Shown: piece after piece, positions 15,468 to 24,035 of the stretch
Layout: each line of letters begins with the position of its first letter
Numbering within the stretch: the first letter of the stretch is position 1
Origin: a virus
Length of the DNA stretch: 25,271 bases
Direction: 5' to 3' (one strand)
Virus record (IMG/VR): IMGVR_UViG_3300045988_133315
Coordinates: 1-25,271 of that record
Notes under the pieces: generated by a model
Told to the model about the DNA's origin: nothing
Database searches by the model: none
The model's input: the letters and a program-made list of their open reading frames with translations, nothing else
Position numbers and translations under genes: made by a program

Positions 15468-16084
15468 CTAAAATCTGTCAAAGTCGCTTTGGATTGCTTT
15501 ACGAATACGAATTTTGTTTTTTGAATTATTTACTTTGGACTGCATATTTCCACGTGCAATAATCAAATCAAACAATCTTCCTATGCCCATATCCTCTATT
15601 TCATCTATTTTTAATCCTAAATTTAATCCACCTAATACTAAATCAGTGTAGCTTACGCTTCTTTTTTTTTATCATCTGAAACTACTTCATCGGATTCATC
15701 TTGTACCGTTGCTTTATTTGCATTGATAATTTGTTCTAGAATAACAACTCCACTCATTACATAGGTTTGATAATCTTCAATTTCATCAACAAAATCTTGG
15801 AACGCTTTTGTTTCTTTTCCATGATATGTGTCATACGTCTTGATACATGCCCAAACTAACCTTTCAAAAAATAAAGATCCATTTGCTTGTAATAAAGTGA
15901 AATAAGGATCTCGATCAGGATTTCCTTCACGAACATTTTTTTCGATAGCTTCACCAAATTTGATTTGCACTTCCTGAGTATCCACTAACAAATCTCTGTT
16001 GAAACAATCTCTATAAATGCTAGCCGTTTTGCCTTTATACAATAAATTATATTTTTTACCATCAATAGTTAATGTCTGTTCCAT
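15468..16084 (-). CDS. Tail assembly chaperone G-T fusion made by -1 programmed frameshift at A AAA AAA AAG (15661-15670)
   Basis: The -1 frame after the A9 run is open for about 64 codons (RSVSYTDLVLGGLNLGLKIDEIEDMGIGRLFDLIIARGNMQSKVNNSKNKIRIRKAIQSDFDRF) up to a TAG at 15468-15470, just before the tape measure start. It has no start codon of its own. Confidence 0.7.
15653..16084 (-). CDS. Tail assembly chaperone (gpG-like)
   Basis: Position between the major tail and tape measure genes. Acidic C-terminus ending in an A9G slippery run. Confidence 0.8.
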   Translation of the reverse strand: MEQTLTIDGKKYNLLYKGKTASIYRDCFNRDLLVDTQEVQIKFGEAIEKNVREGNPDRDPYFTLLQANGSLFFERLVWACIKTYDTYHGKETKAFQDFVDEIEDYQTYVMSGVVILEQIINANKATVQDESDEVVSDDKKKEA

Positions 16085-16113
16085 ATAACCTCACAAAGAG
16101 GGGGTTGCCCCTC

Positions 16114-16758
16114 TTATAATGTGCTCACTTCCTTTCCATCCTCACTTTGTACAGCTACCGGTGTACCTTCTTCCTGGCTCATTTCACCAACTTTTGGAGT
16201 AGGTAATGTTGGAGCAGTTGTAAAGAAACTCTCATAATTTGTATCGCCTTTACGACATTTTGCCTTTACCCATTGATGATCATCTTTCTCAACAGGAACT
16301 GCTGTAATATCCATTGATGTAGTAGCAGGATCAGTGCTTTCTTCTTTTGTTTCACCTTCTACATTTGGTCGTGCAAATACAACCTTATAGAAGATATGTT
16401 TAGTAGCACTTACATCACCTTCAAACTGGAACATAAGCGCAACATTATTAGGCAATACGTTTGCATCTTCTGCTAAGTTACCTTCTTCTGTTGTCACTGT
16501 ATTGAAAATCATTTTTTCAATTTCTTCAGGAATCTCAGACATTTCCAAACTTCCTGAATATCCATTGTTTGTATTCGTTGTAAAATACGCAGTGTTGTCT
16601 GCATAATATGTATTTGTATCTCCTTCTGGATCTAATGTTAATGATTTAGCACCTTTCCATGCTACAGGTGTTCCATATGTAATTGATCCTGCATTTTCTG
16701 TAATAGGGCATACATGAACATTTCTTAGACCGTATCTTACTTTGTTTTTATCTGCCAT
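16114..16758 (-). CDS. Major tail protein (phi13/TP901-like pattern)
   Basis: N-terminus VRYGLRNVHVCPITE....YGTPVAWKGAKSLTLDPEG....YYADN and position upstream of the chaperone pair. Confidence 0.85.
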   Translation of the reverse strand: MADKNKVRYGLRNVHVCPITENAGSITYGTPVAWKGAKSLTLDPEGDTNTYYADNTAYFTTNTNNGYSGSLEMSEIPEEIEKMIFNTVTTEEGNLAEDANVLPNNVALMFQFEGDVSATKHIFYKVVFARPNVEGETKEESTDPATTSMDITAVPVEKDDHQWVKAKCRKGDTNYESFFTTAPTLPTPKVGEMSQEEGTPVAVQSEDGKEVSTL

Positions 16759-16763
16759 AGTTT

Positions 16764-17174
16764 TTATCCTTTCAAATATTTTTCGATTAAACTTGGCAGT
16801 TCCTTGATTGCGTTTGTTTCTCCATCCTTCCAGTGCTTAAATGCACGTGTACGTCTAGGAGAATTCCATAAATTATGTCCGTTTTCTAGTAAATGAGTTA
16901 ATGAGTATTCATGGCCACTCGCATAAATAACACCGCGTGTATGTGCTAATTCACGTTCTATCTTATATGTTATAGACCTTTTATATTTGCCCTTTCTGCG
17001 TGTGTTTCTATGGTCTACATTGGCCTTAGCTTTAATAATATCTTTAGAATCTTTTGTAGTTTCTTCTACTGCTCTATCAATTTGCGCCAAAGAATGCTCT
17101 TTATATTCTTGAATAATCTTTCTGATTTCAGGCCCAAGCTGCGACATATCGCAATATACATCATTTACGGCCAA
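16764..17174 (-). CDS. HK97 gp10-family head-tail joining protein
   Basis: Size, position and the segment ...RSITYKIE....RGVIYASGHEYSLTHLLENGH, resembling the gp10-family motif. Confidence 0.65.
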   Translation of the reverse strand: MAVNDVYCDMSQLGPEIRKIIQEYKEHSLAQIDRAVEETTKDSKDIIKAKANVDHRNTRRKGKYKRSITYKIERELAHTRGVIYASGHEYSLTHLLENGHNLWNSPRRTRAFKHWKDGETNAIKELPSLIEKYLKG

Positions 17175-17499
17175 CTAATGTCACCGTCCATTCTGTACAG
17201 TGTACTTTTTGAGCTTTTATATCTTCATCTGTGATGGTTTGGTATGGTATTTCTAATTCATCAAACATGTCTTCGATTTTAGCTTCTAATTCAAAGTCTT
17301 TTTGATCAGTCACTAATCTATATATGTAAGTCCCAATCTTACAATACGTTCTATTGTCTGCAAAGTAATTATTTGTATAATCCAATGCATAATTCCCATA
17401 GGGGGTATGGGGTTTTGATTTGAAACTTCCGTATACAAATTGTCCTTCACCTAAAAGTTCAGTGAATTTAGCTACAATCTGTTGTCTTACTGTTTCCAT
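17161..17499 (-). CDS. Neck/tail-completion protein (family not assigned)
   Basis: Co-oriented, overlapping ORF within the connector block. Confidence 0.55.
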   Translation of the reverse strand: METVRQQIVAKFTELLGEGQFVYGSFKSKPHTPYGNYALDYTNNYFADNRTYCKIGTYIYRLVTDQKDFELEAKIEDMFDELEIPYQTITDEDIKAQKVHCTEWTVTLVGRK

Positions 17500-17822
17500 T
17501 CTCCAGCATCCTGTTGAACATATAGTTCAATCGTATCTCCGGATGGGAATGTACGATAAACCGCATACTTTTTGTCGTTGTATTTCACTGTCGTTTCATC
17601 ATTGTAATCAATAGTAGGAATAACAAGCTTATACGCTAACTGTATGCCTGCCTGGTAGGCTTCATTAAATTCTTTTGAATAAATTCCACCAACTCGACAA
17701 AATACTTCCTTCTCCGTTTCATTGACACGTTCCACACCATCTGCATCCACATATCTTTCTTTTTCAATCAGATATGCCACATCGTAGTAAAGATTATTCT
17801 CACGAGTATATTCATATGCCAT
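17487..17822 (-). CDS. Head closure / head-tail adaptor protein
   Basis: Size (111 aa), position, and the pattern ...EVFCRVGGIYSKEFNEAYQAGIQLAYKLVIP..DYNDETTVKYNDKKYAVYR. Confidence 0.65.
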   Translation of the reverse strand: MAYEYTRENNLYYDVAYLIEKERYVDADGVERVNETEKEVFCRVGGIYSKEFNEAYQAGIQLAYKLVIPTIDYNDETTVKYNDKKYAVYRTFPSGDTIELYVQQDAGEWKQ

Positions 17823-17823
17823 A

Positions 17824-18126
17824 CTATTTCACCTTCTTATGAGATTTATCTGTCATAAGAATCTGACGTAAATCCTCATATGTTTTAGCCATTGATTCTT
17901 TATTTGAAGCATCCGTTGTACCAAATTTTGACATTACATATGCTATTACCGCTACTACAATTTCATCTTCTAAATCATCTTCATCAAATAAGATATTTAA
18001 TCTATCCAAATCGTATAAACATGCATTGATATACGTTTTGATTTCATCATCATAAGCATGTGATTTAGCTCTTGTAGCAGCAGTTCTAACACGTTCTAGA
18101 AGGCTTTCAGAAATATTGAACGCCAT
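17824..18126 (-). CDS. gp6-like head-tail connector protein
   Basis: First small ORF after the capsid gene. Helical, 100 aa. Confidence 0.6.
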   Translation of the reverse strand: MAFNISESLLERVRTAATRAKSHAYDDEIKTYINACLYDLDRLNILFDEDDLEDEIVVAVIAYVMSKFGTTDASNKESMAKTYEDLRQILMTDKSHKKVK

Positions 18127-18136
18127 TATCTATCAC

Positions 18137-18300
18137 CTAAGCTTTCTTCGCACTGCTTTTTCGAGTAGTTTTCTTAGGCTCATCATCTAATAAAATAGGT
18201 TCATCATCAGTTCCAACAGGTTCTTCATCATTTAATGATTGTGTTCCTGTTTGACTTTCATCTTTTGTAACATCTCCATTGCTTAAGCTACTTTTTTTTT
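18137..18300 (-). CDS. Putative -1 frameshift extension of the major capsid protein (51 codons)
   Basis: An A9G run (18291-18300) lies two codons before the capsid stop. The -1 frame then reads SSLSNGDVTKDESQTGTQSLNDEEPVGTDDEPILLDDEPKKTTRKSSAKKA up to a TAG at 18137-18139. It contains no ATG/GTG/TTG, in an otherwise unexplained 156-nt gap. Confidence 0.4.
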
Positions 18301-19599
18301 TAACAAGAAGATGTATTGAGGATCTAATACTTTACCATCATTGATAACCAATGCTTGAGTTACTTCCTCATTCTTTTCATAATCCCAGTACTTCTTCACA
18401 CCAAACTGCATATTTGAGTTGATCGCATAGGCTTCTTTTCCAACCCAATACATTCCGAAATATTCACCGTTTTTTGCTTCATCAAAATCTTTGAATGTAT
18501 CATTTTCAACAAAATTAACTGTTCTAGCTTTGAATGTTGCACGTTCTGCACCATCAATAGGATTATATGTTTCTGCATAAACAGGACGATTATTATCATC
18601 GGCCAACGTTTTAATGTTTGCTTCATATGTAGCAGGCGTCATTACGAACTCTGGTTTTAATTTACGCATTGATAAAGGAATCTTTGCGAACAATTTTGTT
18701 TGCCATGATTTCCAATCTTTCATTTCTGCTTCCGTAAATTCAATAATATGATCGGCTTTAATACGACTACCTGATACTTTATTAGCTTCTGTTAAAATAC
18801 CTTCACATTCATTATTTGTAGAGTCACCTGTTAAAATTTCACGATCCATAGCTTCCAAATAAGCTTCTACAATAACTTCTGCTAATTTAGTTTCGAATGC
18901 ATTTACAGTTAATACAGTTTGTAGTAATGTACGTGCTAAACGAATTTCACCAATCAAATATCCAAATTGTACAAATTCTGTAACAGAACCGGCTTTTTGA
19001 CGATCAGACACTGTTGTTTCTGTGATACGTTTAAATGTAGCCTTGAATGAACCGATAGGATATTTAACACCACCACGGAAATTTGTATGTAATACTGCAT
19101 TGTATAAGTAACCACGTGATTTACTTAATTCAGTCATTACTTTCTGAACAATTGTTTCAGGAATTAAAATACCTAGATCAGCTGCCACACCTGCTTCTGC
19201 GCTACGTTGTCTTAAAATTTCTGACTGTTTTCCTTTTTGAACGAATTCCATGAACGCACTACGATACTCCATATCGTCTTCCATTCCTTTTTTACGTTCT
19301 GACAAGTTTGTAGGCATTGATGGATGTGCTTTGCTACGAGCTTGTTCCTGTTGTGTAGCAAAAGCTTCATCTTCATCTACAATAGATTTTGCCATAGTAT
19401 CTAAGAGCGCTTGACGTTGTGCTACCTTGCCTTGTAACTCTTTGTCACGTTTTTGCAAGATATCAAATTCTGCCTGTAACATTTCCAAGTTTGTATTAGG
19501 ATCGTTTTTGTTGACCTCATCTTGAATTTCTTTAAATCTTTTTTGAATCTGTTCGTGATTCATTGCATTGAATGCTGCTAGTTGTTGCTCTGTAAACAT
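18283..19599 (-). CDS. Major capsid protein, HK97 fold, with N-terminal coiled-coil delta/scaffold region
   Basis: Position after the prohead protease, 438 aa, N-terminal coiled coil of about 100 aa. Confidence 0.9.
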   Translation of the reverse strand: MFTEQQLAAFNAMNHEQIQKRFKEIQDEVNKNDPNTNLEMLQAEFDILQKRDKELQGKVAQRQALLDTMAKSIVDEDEAFATQQEQARSKAHPSMPTNLSERKKGMEDDMEYRSAFMEFVQKGKQSEILRQRSAEAGVAADLGILIPETIVQKVMTELSKSRGYLYNAVLHTNFRGGVKYPIGSFKATFKRITETTVSDRQKAGSVTEFVQFGYLIGEIRLARTLLQTVLTVNAFETKLAEVIVEAYLEAMDREILTGDSTNNECEGILTEANKVSGSRIKADHIIEFTEAEMKDWKSWQTKLFAKIPLSMRKLKPEFVMTPATYEANIKTLADDNNRPVYAETYNPIDGAERATFKARTVNFVENDTFKDFDEAKNGEYFGMYWVGKEAYAINSNMQFGVKKYWDYEKNEEVTQALVINDGKVLDPQYIFLLKKKVA

Positions 19600-20210
19600 T
19601 AATTAATAGCCTCCTTAATCTGCAACAACAAACTCAGTCTTTCTCGTTTCTTTTCATTTTCTTTTTTAGTCCGTTCTTCATCCATTAAAGACTTTGCCCT
19701 TGCTTCAATAGATGTTTGATCATTTGCAGGAATCGACACTGCCGAAACATCATAAATTTTTGATACTTTACGTGTTGTCCACATCTTTTTAGATCTATCA
19801 TATGATTCCTCGTCCACCATGTACCTCCATGACATCTGAGTAACCATTCCTGCCTGAATACTGTCGTACAAACGTTTTGCAGCTTCTGTTCTTCCTAAAT
19901 CTGCTGCAACAAACAATCCGTGTTCATCTACTTCAACAATAAGTGAACCATTGCTTGTACGTGCATATACCATCCCTCCATGATCAAATTGGAAGATGAT
20001 ATCACTCATATCAGCGTTGTCCAAACTTGAACGCTCAATCAACTCATATACATCATTACCTTCGTAATCTCGATAAAGAACATAAGGTTCAAATGTTGTA
20101 GCATATCCTTCAACATAGTACTGAGTATCAATCCGTTTATTTTCCGTCACCGGGTTCATTTGGAACGGGATCGAGCGCATTTGGATTTTGCTGTGGTTCG
20201 GTTTCCCCAT
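19599..20210 (-). CDS. Prohead maturation protease (HK97 family); the true start may be an internal Met (20180 or 20159)
   Basis: VEGYATTFEPY... and FQFDHGG motif context. Lies between the portal and capsid genes. 74-nt overlap with the portal if the longest ORF is used. Confidence 0.85.
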   Translation of the reverse strand: MGKPNHSKIQMRSIPFQMNPVTENKRIDTQYYVEGYATTFEPYVLYRDYEGNDVYELIERSSLDNADMSDIIFQFDHGGMVYARTSNGSLIVEVDEHGLFVAADLGRTEAAKRLYDSIQAGMVTQMSWRYMVDEESYDRSKKMWTTRKVSKIYDVSAVSIPANDQTSIEARAKSLMDEERTKKENEKKRERLSLLLQIKEAIN

Positions 20211-21411
20211 TGTAACTAATTCCTCCTTGATTTGATTTAGTTACCTGGATATATTCACCTCGAATAAAACGTTTCTTACCTTCATCATCTGGTAAAGGCG
20301 CTTTGTTCATGATATTTAATGCCCCATTCGTATCAATCATTCCTCTATCGAACATTTGAGTCGCAACATTTAATTTTGTTTGTGTCGAATCATACTGTAA
20401 ACGATCACTTGTAAGAATGATTTCACTACCATTCATAATCTGATTTACGGAATATAACATTCCACTCAACACTTCTCCAACTTCAATAAAAAATGGTTCA
20501 ATAATTGATTCATAAAATGCATTCCATTCATCAGGTTTATATTTATTTTGTAAAATAGCTTCACTAATTCCAAAATAGCTGTATACACTATTTTCAATTG
20601 CTTGTTTCTGCTTGGCATCCACTAATAGTGGTTTACTTTCAATCGGTTTTACTTCATCAAAACGATTATCAACAAGGAATACACCTGTTTCATTTTTGTT
20701 CAGGTTATTTCTTAAGATCATGTTCTGTTGTTCCTTGTAATCCTCATCATCATCAATCGGTGTTGAAATTCTAGCTAAGAATCGAACAATAGAACTCGAC
20801 TTAATCGCATTGATTGCTCCTTCTTCCTGAGCAAGCATCAATTTAGCTGTTGTATCAAATGCATCATTCGTATCACCAAAGTAATCATTTTTATACTGCA
20901 TTTGTCTTAAATGCCCTACTTTACTGTATTCAATCAATTTTGTTTCGCCATAGATAAAATTAAAATAAATATAAACTACACCATTGATTTCTTTTAGTTG
21001 ACACTGACTTGGAACAGCAGGCCATAATCCTTTTATCATTCCATATTCATCTTCAATTGGAATAATGAAAGCATTGTTTTCTGCAAAATAGATAGTTGCC
21101 AATCTTTTATAAAATTGACTAGCTGTCATATAAGGATTTGGCTTTTTCTTAACCAAATAGTTATATATCTTGCTTTTGTAGTCTTTGTTTGTCAGTTCAG
21201 GTGAAGCTTTTCCACATGATGTGGCAATTCGATTGATACATGCTCTGCATAGTCCAATCTCATATATTCCACCATCATATGACGAATACACTGGTGAATA
21301 TCCACCTAAGCTTGCAAACATTGAATGTAATTGATTTTGTTTAGGTGCTGGCTTATTTAGTCCTAATAGACTTCCTAGCAAACCAAATCTTTTTCTTCTG
21401 CTTTTAGCCAC
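20137..21411 (-). CDS. Portal protein (HK97 family)
   Basis: 424 aa, directly downstream of TerL with overlapping stop/start. Confidence 0.9.
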   Translation of the reverse strand: MAKSRRKRFGLLGSLLGLNKPAPKQNQLHSMFASLGGYSPVYSSYDGGIYEIGLCRACINRIATSCGKASPELTNKDYKSKIYNYLVKKKPNPYMTASQFYKRLATIYFAENNAFIIPIEDEYGMIKGLWPAVPSQCQLKEINGVVYIYFNFIYGETKLIEYSKVGHLRQMQYKNDYFGDTNDAFDTTAKLMLAQEEGAINAIKSSSIVRFLARISTPIDDDEDYKEQQNMILRNNLNKNETGVFLVDNRFDEVKPIESKPLLVDAKQKQAIENSVYSYFGISEAILQNKYKPDEWNAFYESIIEPFFIEVGEVLSGMLYSVNQIMNGSEIILTSDRLQYDSTQTKLNVATQMFDRGMIDTNGALNIMNKAPLPDDEGKKRFIRGEYIQVTKSNQGGISYNGETEPQQNPNALDPVPNEPGDGK

Positions 21412-23069
21412 TAATTCACCTTCCTTTTCTTGTTTTCAAGGCGGTATTTAAATGTATCCCACCATTTTTGTCTTACTGTATATGCATCAATAACAGATGC
21501 ATATCCATCAATATGTTTTCTTGGATCAGTTTTAATCATGCGGACACGATTGTCCTCAGCAACTTTCTTTAATGCCACACTAGACATATGTGCTTGTAAT
21601 AATCCATTTGTTCCTGTATGAACAAATCCATCTCTTACATATCCCGTAAATTCATTAATAACCGGTGTAAGGTTAGTACCCTGAATGACATCATCCATCT
21701 TGTATCCATATTTCTTCATATCATCCACAAGATACTGTGCGGAATAACGGTCATATCCAACGACTACACAATAAATCTTGTATTTCTTACGTAGCATTTC
21801 AAACCATTCAGTAACATCTTCATACCGTACAAAGTTTTCCCCACTTGGACTTAAATACCCCAATTGAATAAATCTTGTATATGGTATCTTGTCTCTTTCT
21901 TCTAGCTCCTTGATTTTTAATGTTGGAAGCCAAAAATGAGTAAATATGTAGTCCTGCTCTTGAATTCGTATAACTACAGATGCGGCTGTTAAATCGGTTG
22001 TTTGTGACAAGTCAATTCCACCAACTGCATATGTATGTGCAAAATCTTCAAATCTAAGTTCTTCACCTTTGACTTTGTTAATATCTTCTGCACTAAATAA
22101 TGCTTCCGTTGAATTCTGTTTGATATTCGCATATTTTGTTATAAACTCCGCCTTATATGTAGGTGAGCTATGTGCTTTTAAAATTTCATTCTGCAAATAT
22201 TCATAAGAAACCGATATTCCAAGGTTTGGCATTGCTTTTCTCAATTCAATAGGATCATCCCATTTTTGAATATCATCAATCATATAAAAGAAAGGCAACA
22301 TTTGTTTTTCATCAGACGTACCAAGTAAAACAGATGTTCCACGAACAAATAATTCATCATATAATCCTTCATCAATATAGTTTGCGGTACTTACAGGAAT
22401 ATAAAGTGGATCAGGTCTTGCACCACCTGCCGACAACATAACGTTGTACATTTTCATACCCGCTTCACCTTCCCAGGCTGCAAACTCATCAAAGATTGTC
22501 AAATATGGGTTGAATCCGTCTGACTTTTTAGATGCAAAGGCAATTGGCTCCCATCTACAGTTGTTCTGTTTCATGTAGATATCTGTTCTACGTTTTTTTA
22601 CTCTTTGACTCAACGCTTTAGAGTGTTCCATCATTTGATACAGAACATTGTAAATGATCTGCGCTTGTTTTAACTTTGGCGCAATATTGTATATCTGCAT
22701 ACCTGCTTCATCAGATGTAAATCCAACATCAAGTTCAATACCTGCACAAAGAAATGATTTTCCTTGTTTTCGGCCCATGACCGTAGGTATTTCACGAAAC
22801 TGCCTTTTTCCATTCTTATCAACAAGTCCGAATATGCACGCAATATAGTATTTTTGCCAAGGCTCAAGCTTCACTTTTGTTGTTTTTCCTTCTACGTGAT
22901 GACAAAACGTTTCAATAAACGCAATATGCATTTCCGCTTTTTTCTCATCATAGAAGAAATCTCCATTTGCTAAACCTCTTTCAACATATTGAAGATTAAG
23001 CTTTATCCACTTACCGACTACATCTTCACCCGATTTAATACGTTCTTTATAAATGTCTAGATATTTCAT
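21411..23069 (-). CDS. terL: Terminase large subunit
   Basis: 552 aa. The Walker A-like region MGRKQGKS fits an ATPase domain. Sits in the canonical TerS-TerL-portal order. Confidence 0.95.
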   Translation of the reverse strand: MKYLDIYKERIKSGEDVVGKWIKLNLQYVERGLANGDFFYDEKKAEMHIAFIETFCHHVEGKTTKVKLEPWQKYYIACIFGLVDKNGKRQFREIPTVMGRKQGKSFLCAGIELDVGFTSDEAGMQIYNIAPKLKQAQIIYNVLYQMMEHSKALSQRVKKRRTDIYMKQNNCRWEPIAFASKKSDGFNPYLTIFDEFAAWEGEAGMKMYNVMLSAGGARPDPLYIPVSTANYIDEGLYDELFVRGTSVLLGTSDEKQMLPFFYMIDDIQKWDDPIELRKAMPNLGISVSYEYLQNEILKAHSSPTYKAEFITKYANIKQNSTEALFSAEDINKVKGEELRFEDFAHTYAVGGIDLSQTTDLTAASVVIRIQEQDYIFTHFWLPTLKIKELEERDKIPYTRFIQLGYLSPSGENFVRYEDVTEWFEMLRKKYKIYCVVVGYDRYSAQYLVDDMKKYGYKMDDVIQGTNLTPVINEFTGYVRDGFVHTGTNGLLQAHMSSVALKKVAEDNRVRMIKTDPRKHIDGYASVIDAYTVRQKWWDTFKYRLENKKRKVN

Positions 23070-23440
23070 TTAAATCTGCTCATAAACTCATCCAATTCAT
23101 CACCTTTTTTTCCGGATACTTCTGTTGTCTTTGAGAGTGAAGTAGGTGACAAGCCAAGTTCTTTGCAGTACTTCATGATCTGATCACGTAATTGAACGGT
23201 AATAATGTAGTATGGCGAGCGTGATAAATTCGTTGCACCGCCCTTATTCGTATATTCAACAACCATCTGTAATGATTTGTAGCCATTTGCTTTACTTGAA
23301 TCTCTCCATTGCTTCATTGTTGAATCATATTGGGCCAAGGCATCTGCAAGTGAATCAACTGCAACAGAATATTCAGGAGAAAATGTGCCTAAATTCTCTA
23401 GTTGTGAATTGATTCTTTTTTTCCATGCTCCTTTTTGCAT
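23066..23440 (-). CDS. terS: Terminase small subunit (P27-family-like)
   Basis: 124 aa, 4-nt overlap with terL, strong RBS GGGAGGA. The pattern ...SPYYIITVQLRDQIMKYCKELGLSP is typical of P27-type TerS. Confidence 0.8.
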   Translation of the reverse strand: MQKGAWKKRINSQLENLGTFSPEYSVAVDSLADALAQYDSTMKQWRDSSKANGYKSLQMVVEYTNKGGATNLSRSPYYIITVQLRDQIMKYCKELGLSPTSLSKTTEVSGKKGDELDEFMSRFK

Positions 23441-23841
23441 TCATCATCCTCCCTTCCACATCCTATAAGCATTCCGTTTTCATCAAACTCAAAAGATGGT
23501 TTACGTTTGGAATGTTCTTCGGCATGACATAAGTCACACAACGCTTCCAAATTAGAATCGCCAAATAGAATGTGTATATCTCTATAGTTGTCCTGGTCAA
23601 TGTGCACTTTGTGGTGCACGCAAGTCGACCTGGTATAGATACCTTTTTTCAAACATCTTTCACAAAGTGGATGTGCCTTTCTATACGCTTTGCTTTTCTT
23701 TTCCCAAGCCTTGCTTGAGTAAAATTTTCTAGCATAATTTCTAGCACCTGTTTTTGTTGCTTCTGAACCATAATATTTTTTCATATCGCTACATTCAAAG
23801 TTTTGACCATAACTACAGTTAACAAATTTAAAGGACGACAA
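23398..23841 (-). CDS. HNH endonuclease associated with cos packaging (the probable start is ATG at 23784; the longest ORF starts at TTG 23841)
   Basis: CERC...VHHKVH....N...LC..CH motif arrangement. Immediately upstream of and overlapping terS. Confidence 0.85.
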   Translation of the reverse strand: MSSFKFVNCSYGQNFECSDMKKYYGSEATKTGARNYARKFYSSKAWEKKSKAYRKAHPLCERCLKKGIYTRSTCVHHKVHIDQDNYRDIHILFGDSNLEALCDLCHAEEHSKRKPSFEFDENGMLIGCGREDDECKKEHGKKESIHN

Positions 23842-23881
23842 AAACTAACAGTAAATACTTTGAATGCAGTGATATGAAAAA
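23777..23881. repeat. 25-bp imperfect inverted repeat (23777-23801 / 23857-23881, 55-nt spacer) covering the HNH start codon
   Basis: The left arm TTTTTCATATCGCTACATTCAAAGT pairs with the right arm ACTTTGAATGCAGTGATATGAAAAA. Of 25 positions, 23 are Watson-Crick, one is G.U and one is a mismatch. Confidence 0.65.
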
Positions 23882-23906
23882 GACCCATGTTTCCACAGGT
23901 CTTTTT
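23877..23906 (-). terminator. Promoter-proximal intrinsic terminator upstream of the packaging operon
   Basis: The minus RNA reads AAAAA-GACCUGUG-GAAA-CAUGGGUC-UUUUU (8-bp stem with two G.U pairs, GNRA loop, U5). The wobble pairs become mismatches on the plus strand. Confidence 0.6.
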
Positions 23907-24000
23907 CAACGGGCACTAAAATGAAACAATCCAAGAACTACCTTGTTTGTTCTAGAAGATGTTTTCCAATCTTCACGACTACAGAATATCACGGTTTTTC

Positions 24001-24019
24001 TTTGTACACTGTACAAAAT
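24001..24019. promoter_or_regulatory. 19-bp palindromic box TTTGTACACTGTACAAAAT (copy 2); an extended -10-like TGATATTCT (hexamer 23983-23988, minus) lies 20 nt after the dyad centre
   Basis: Exact 19/19 identity to 1386-1404 in the same orientation, with the same spacing to a TATNNT hexamer. Confidence 0.5.
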
Positions 24020-24035
24020 GAAGAAATTCAGATTT

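Noticed and set aside
23777-23881. Reading the 25-bp inverted repeats as an invertible promoter switch; the 55-bp spacer does contain TTGACC-18-TTTAAA on the plus strand
   Set aside because: A 55-bp invertible segment is far shorter than known invertons. No invertase or recombinase gene is visible in the window, and the promoter match is weak. An RNA-level duplex seems more plausible, but the idea could be tested by looking for both orientations in sequencing reads.
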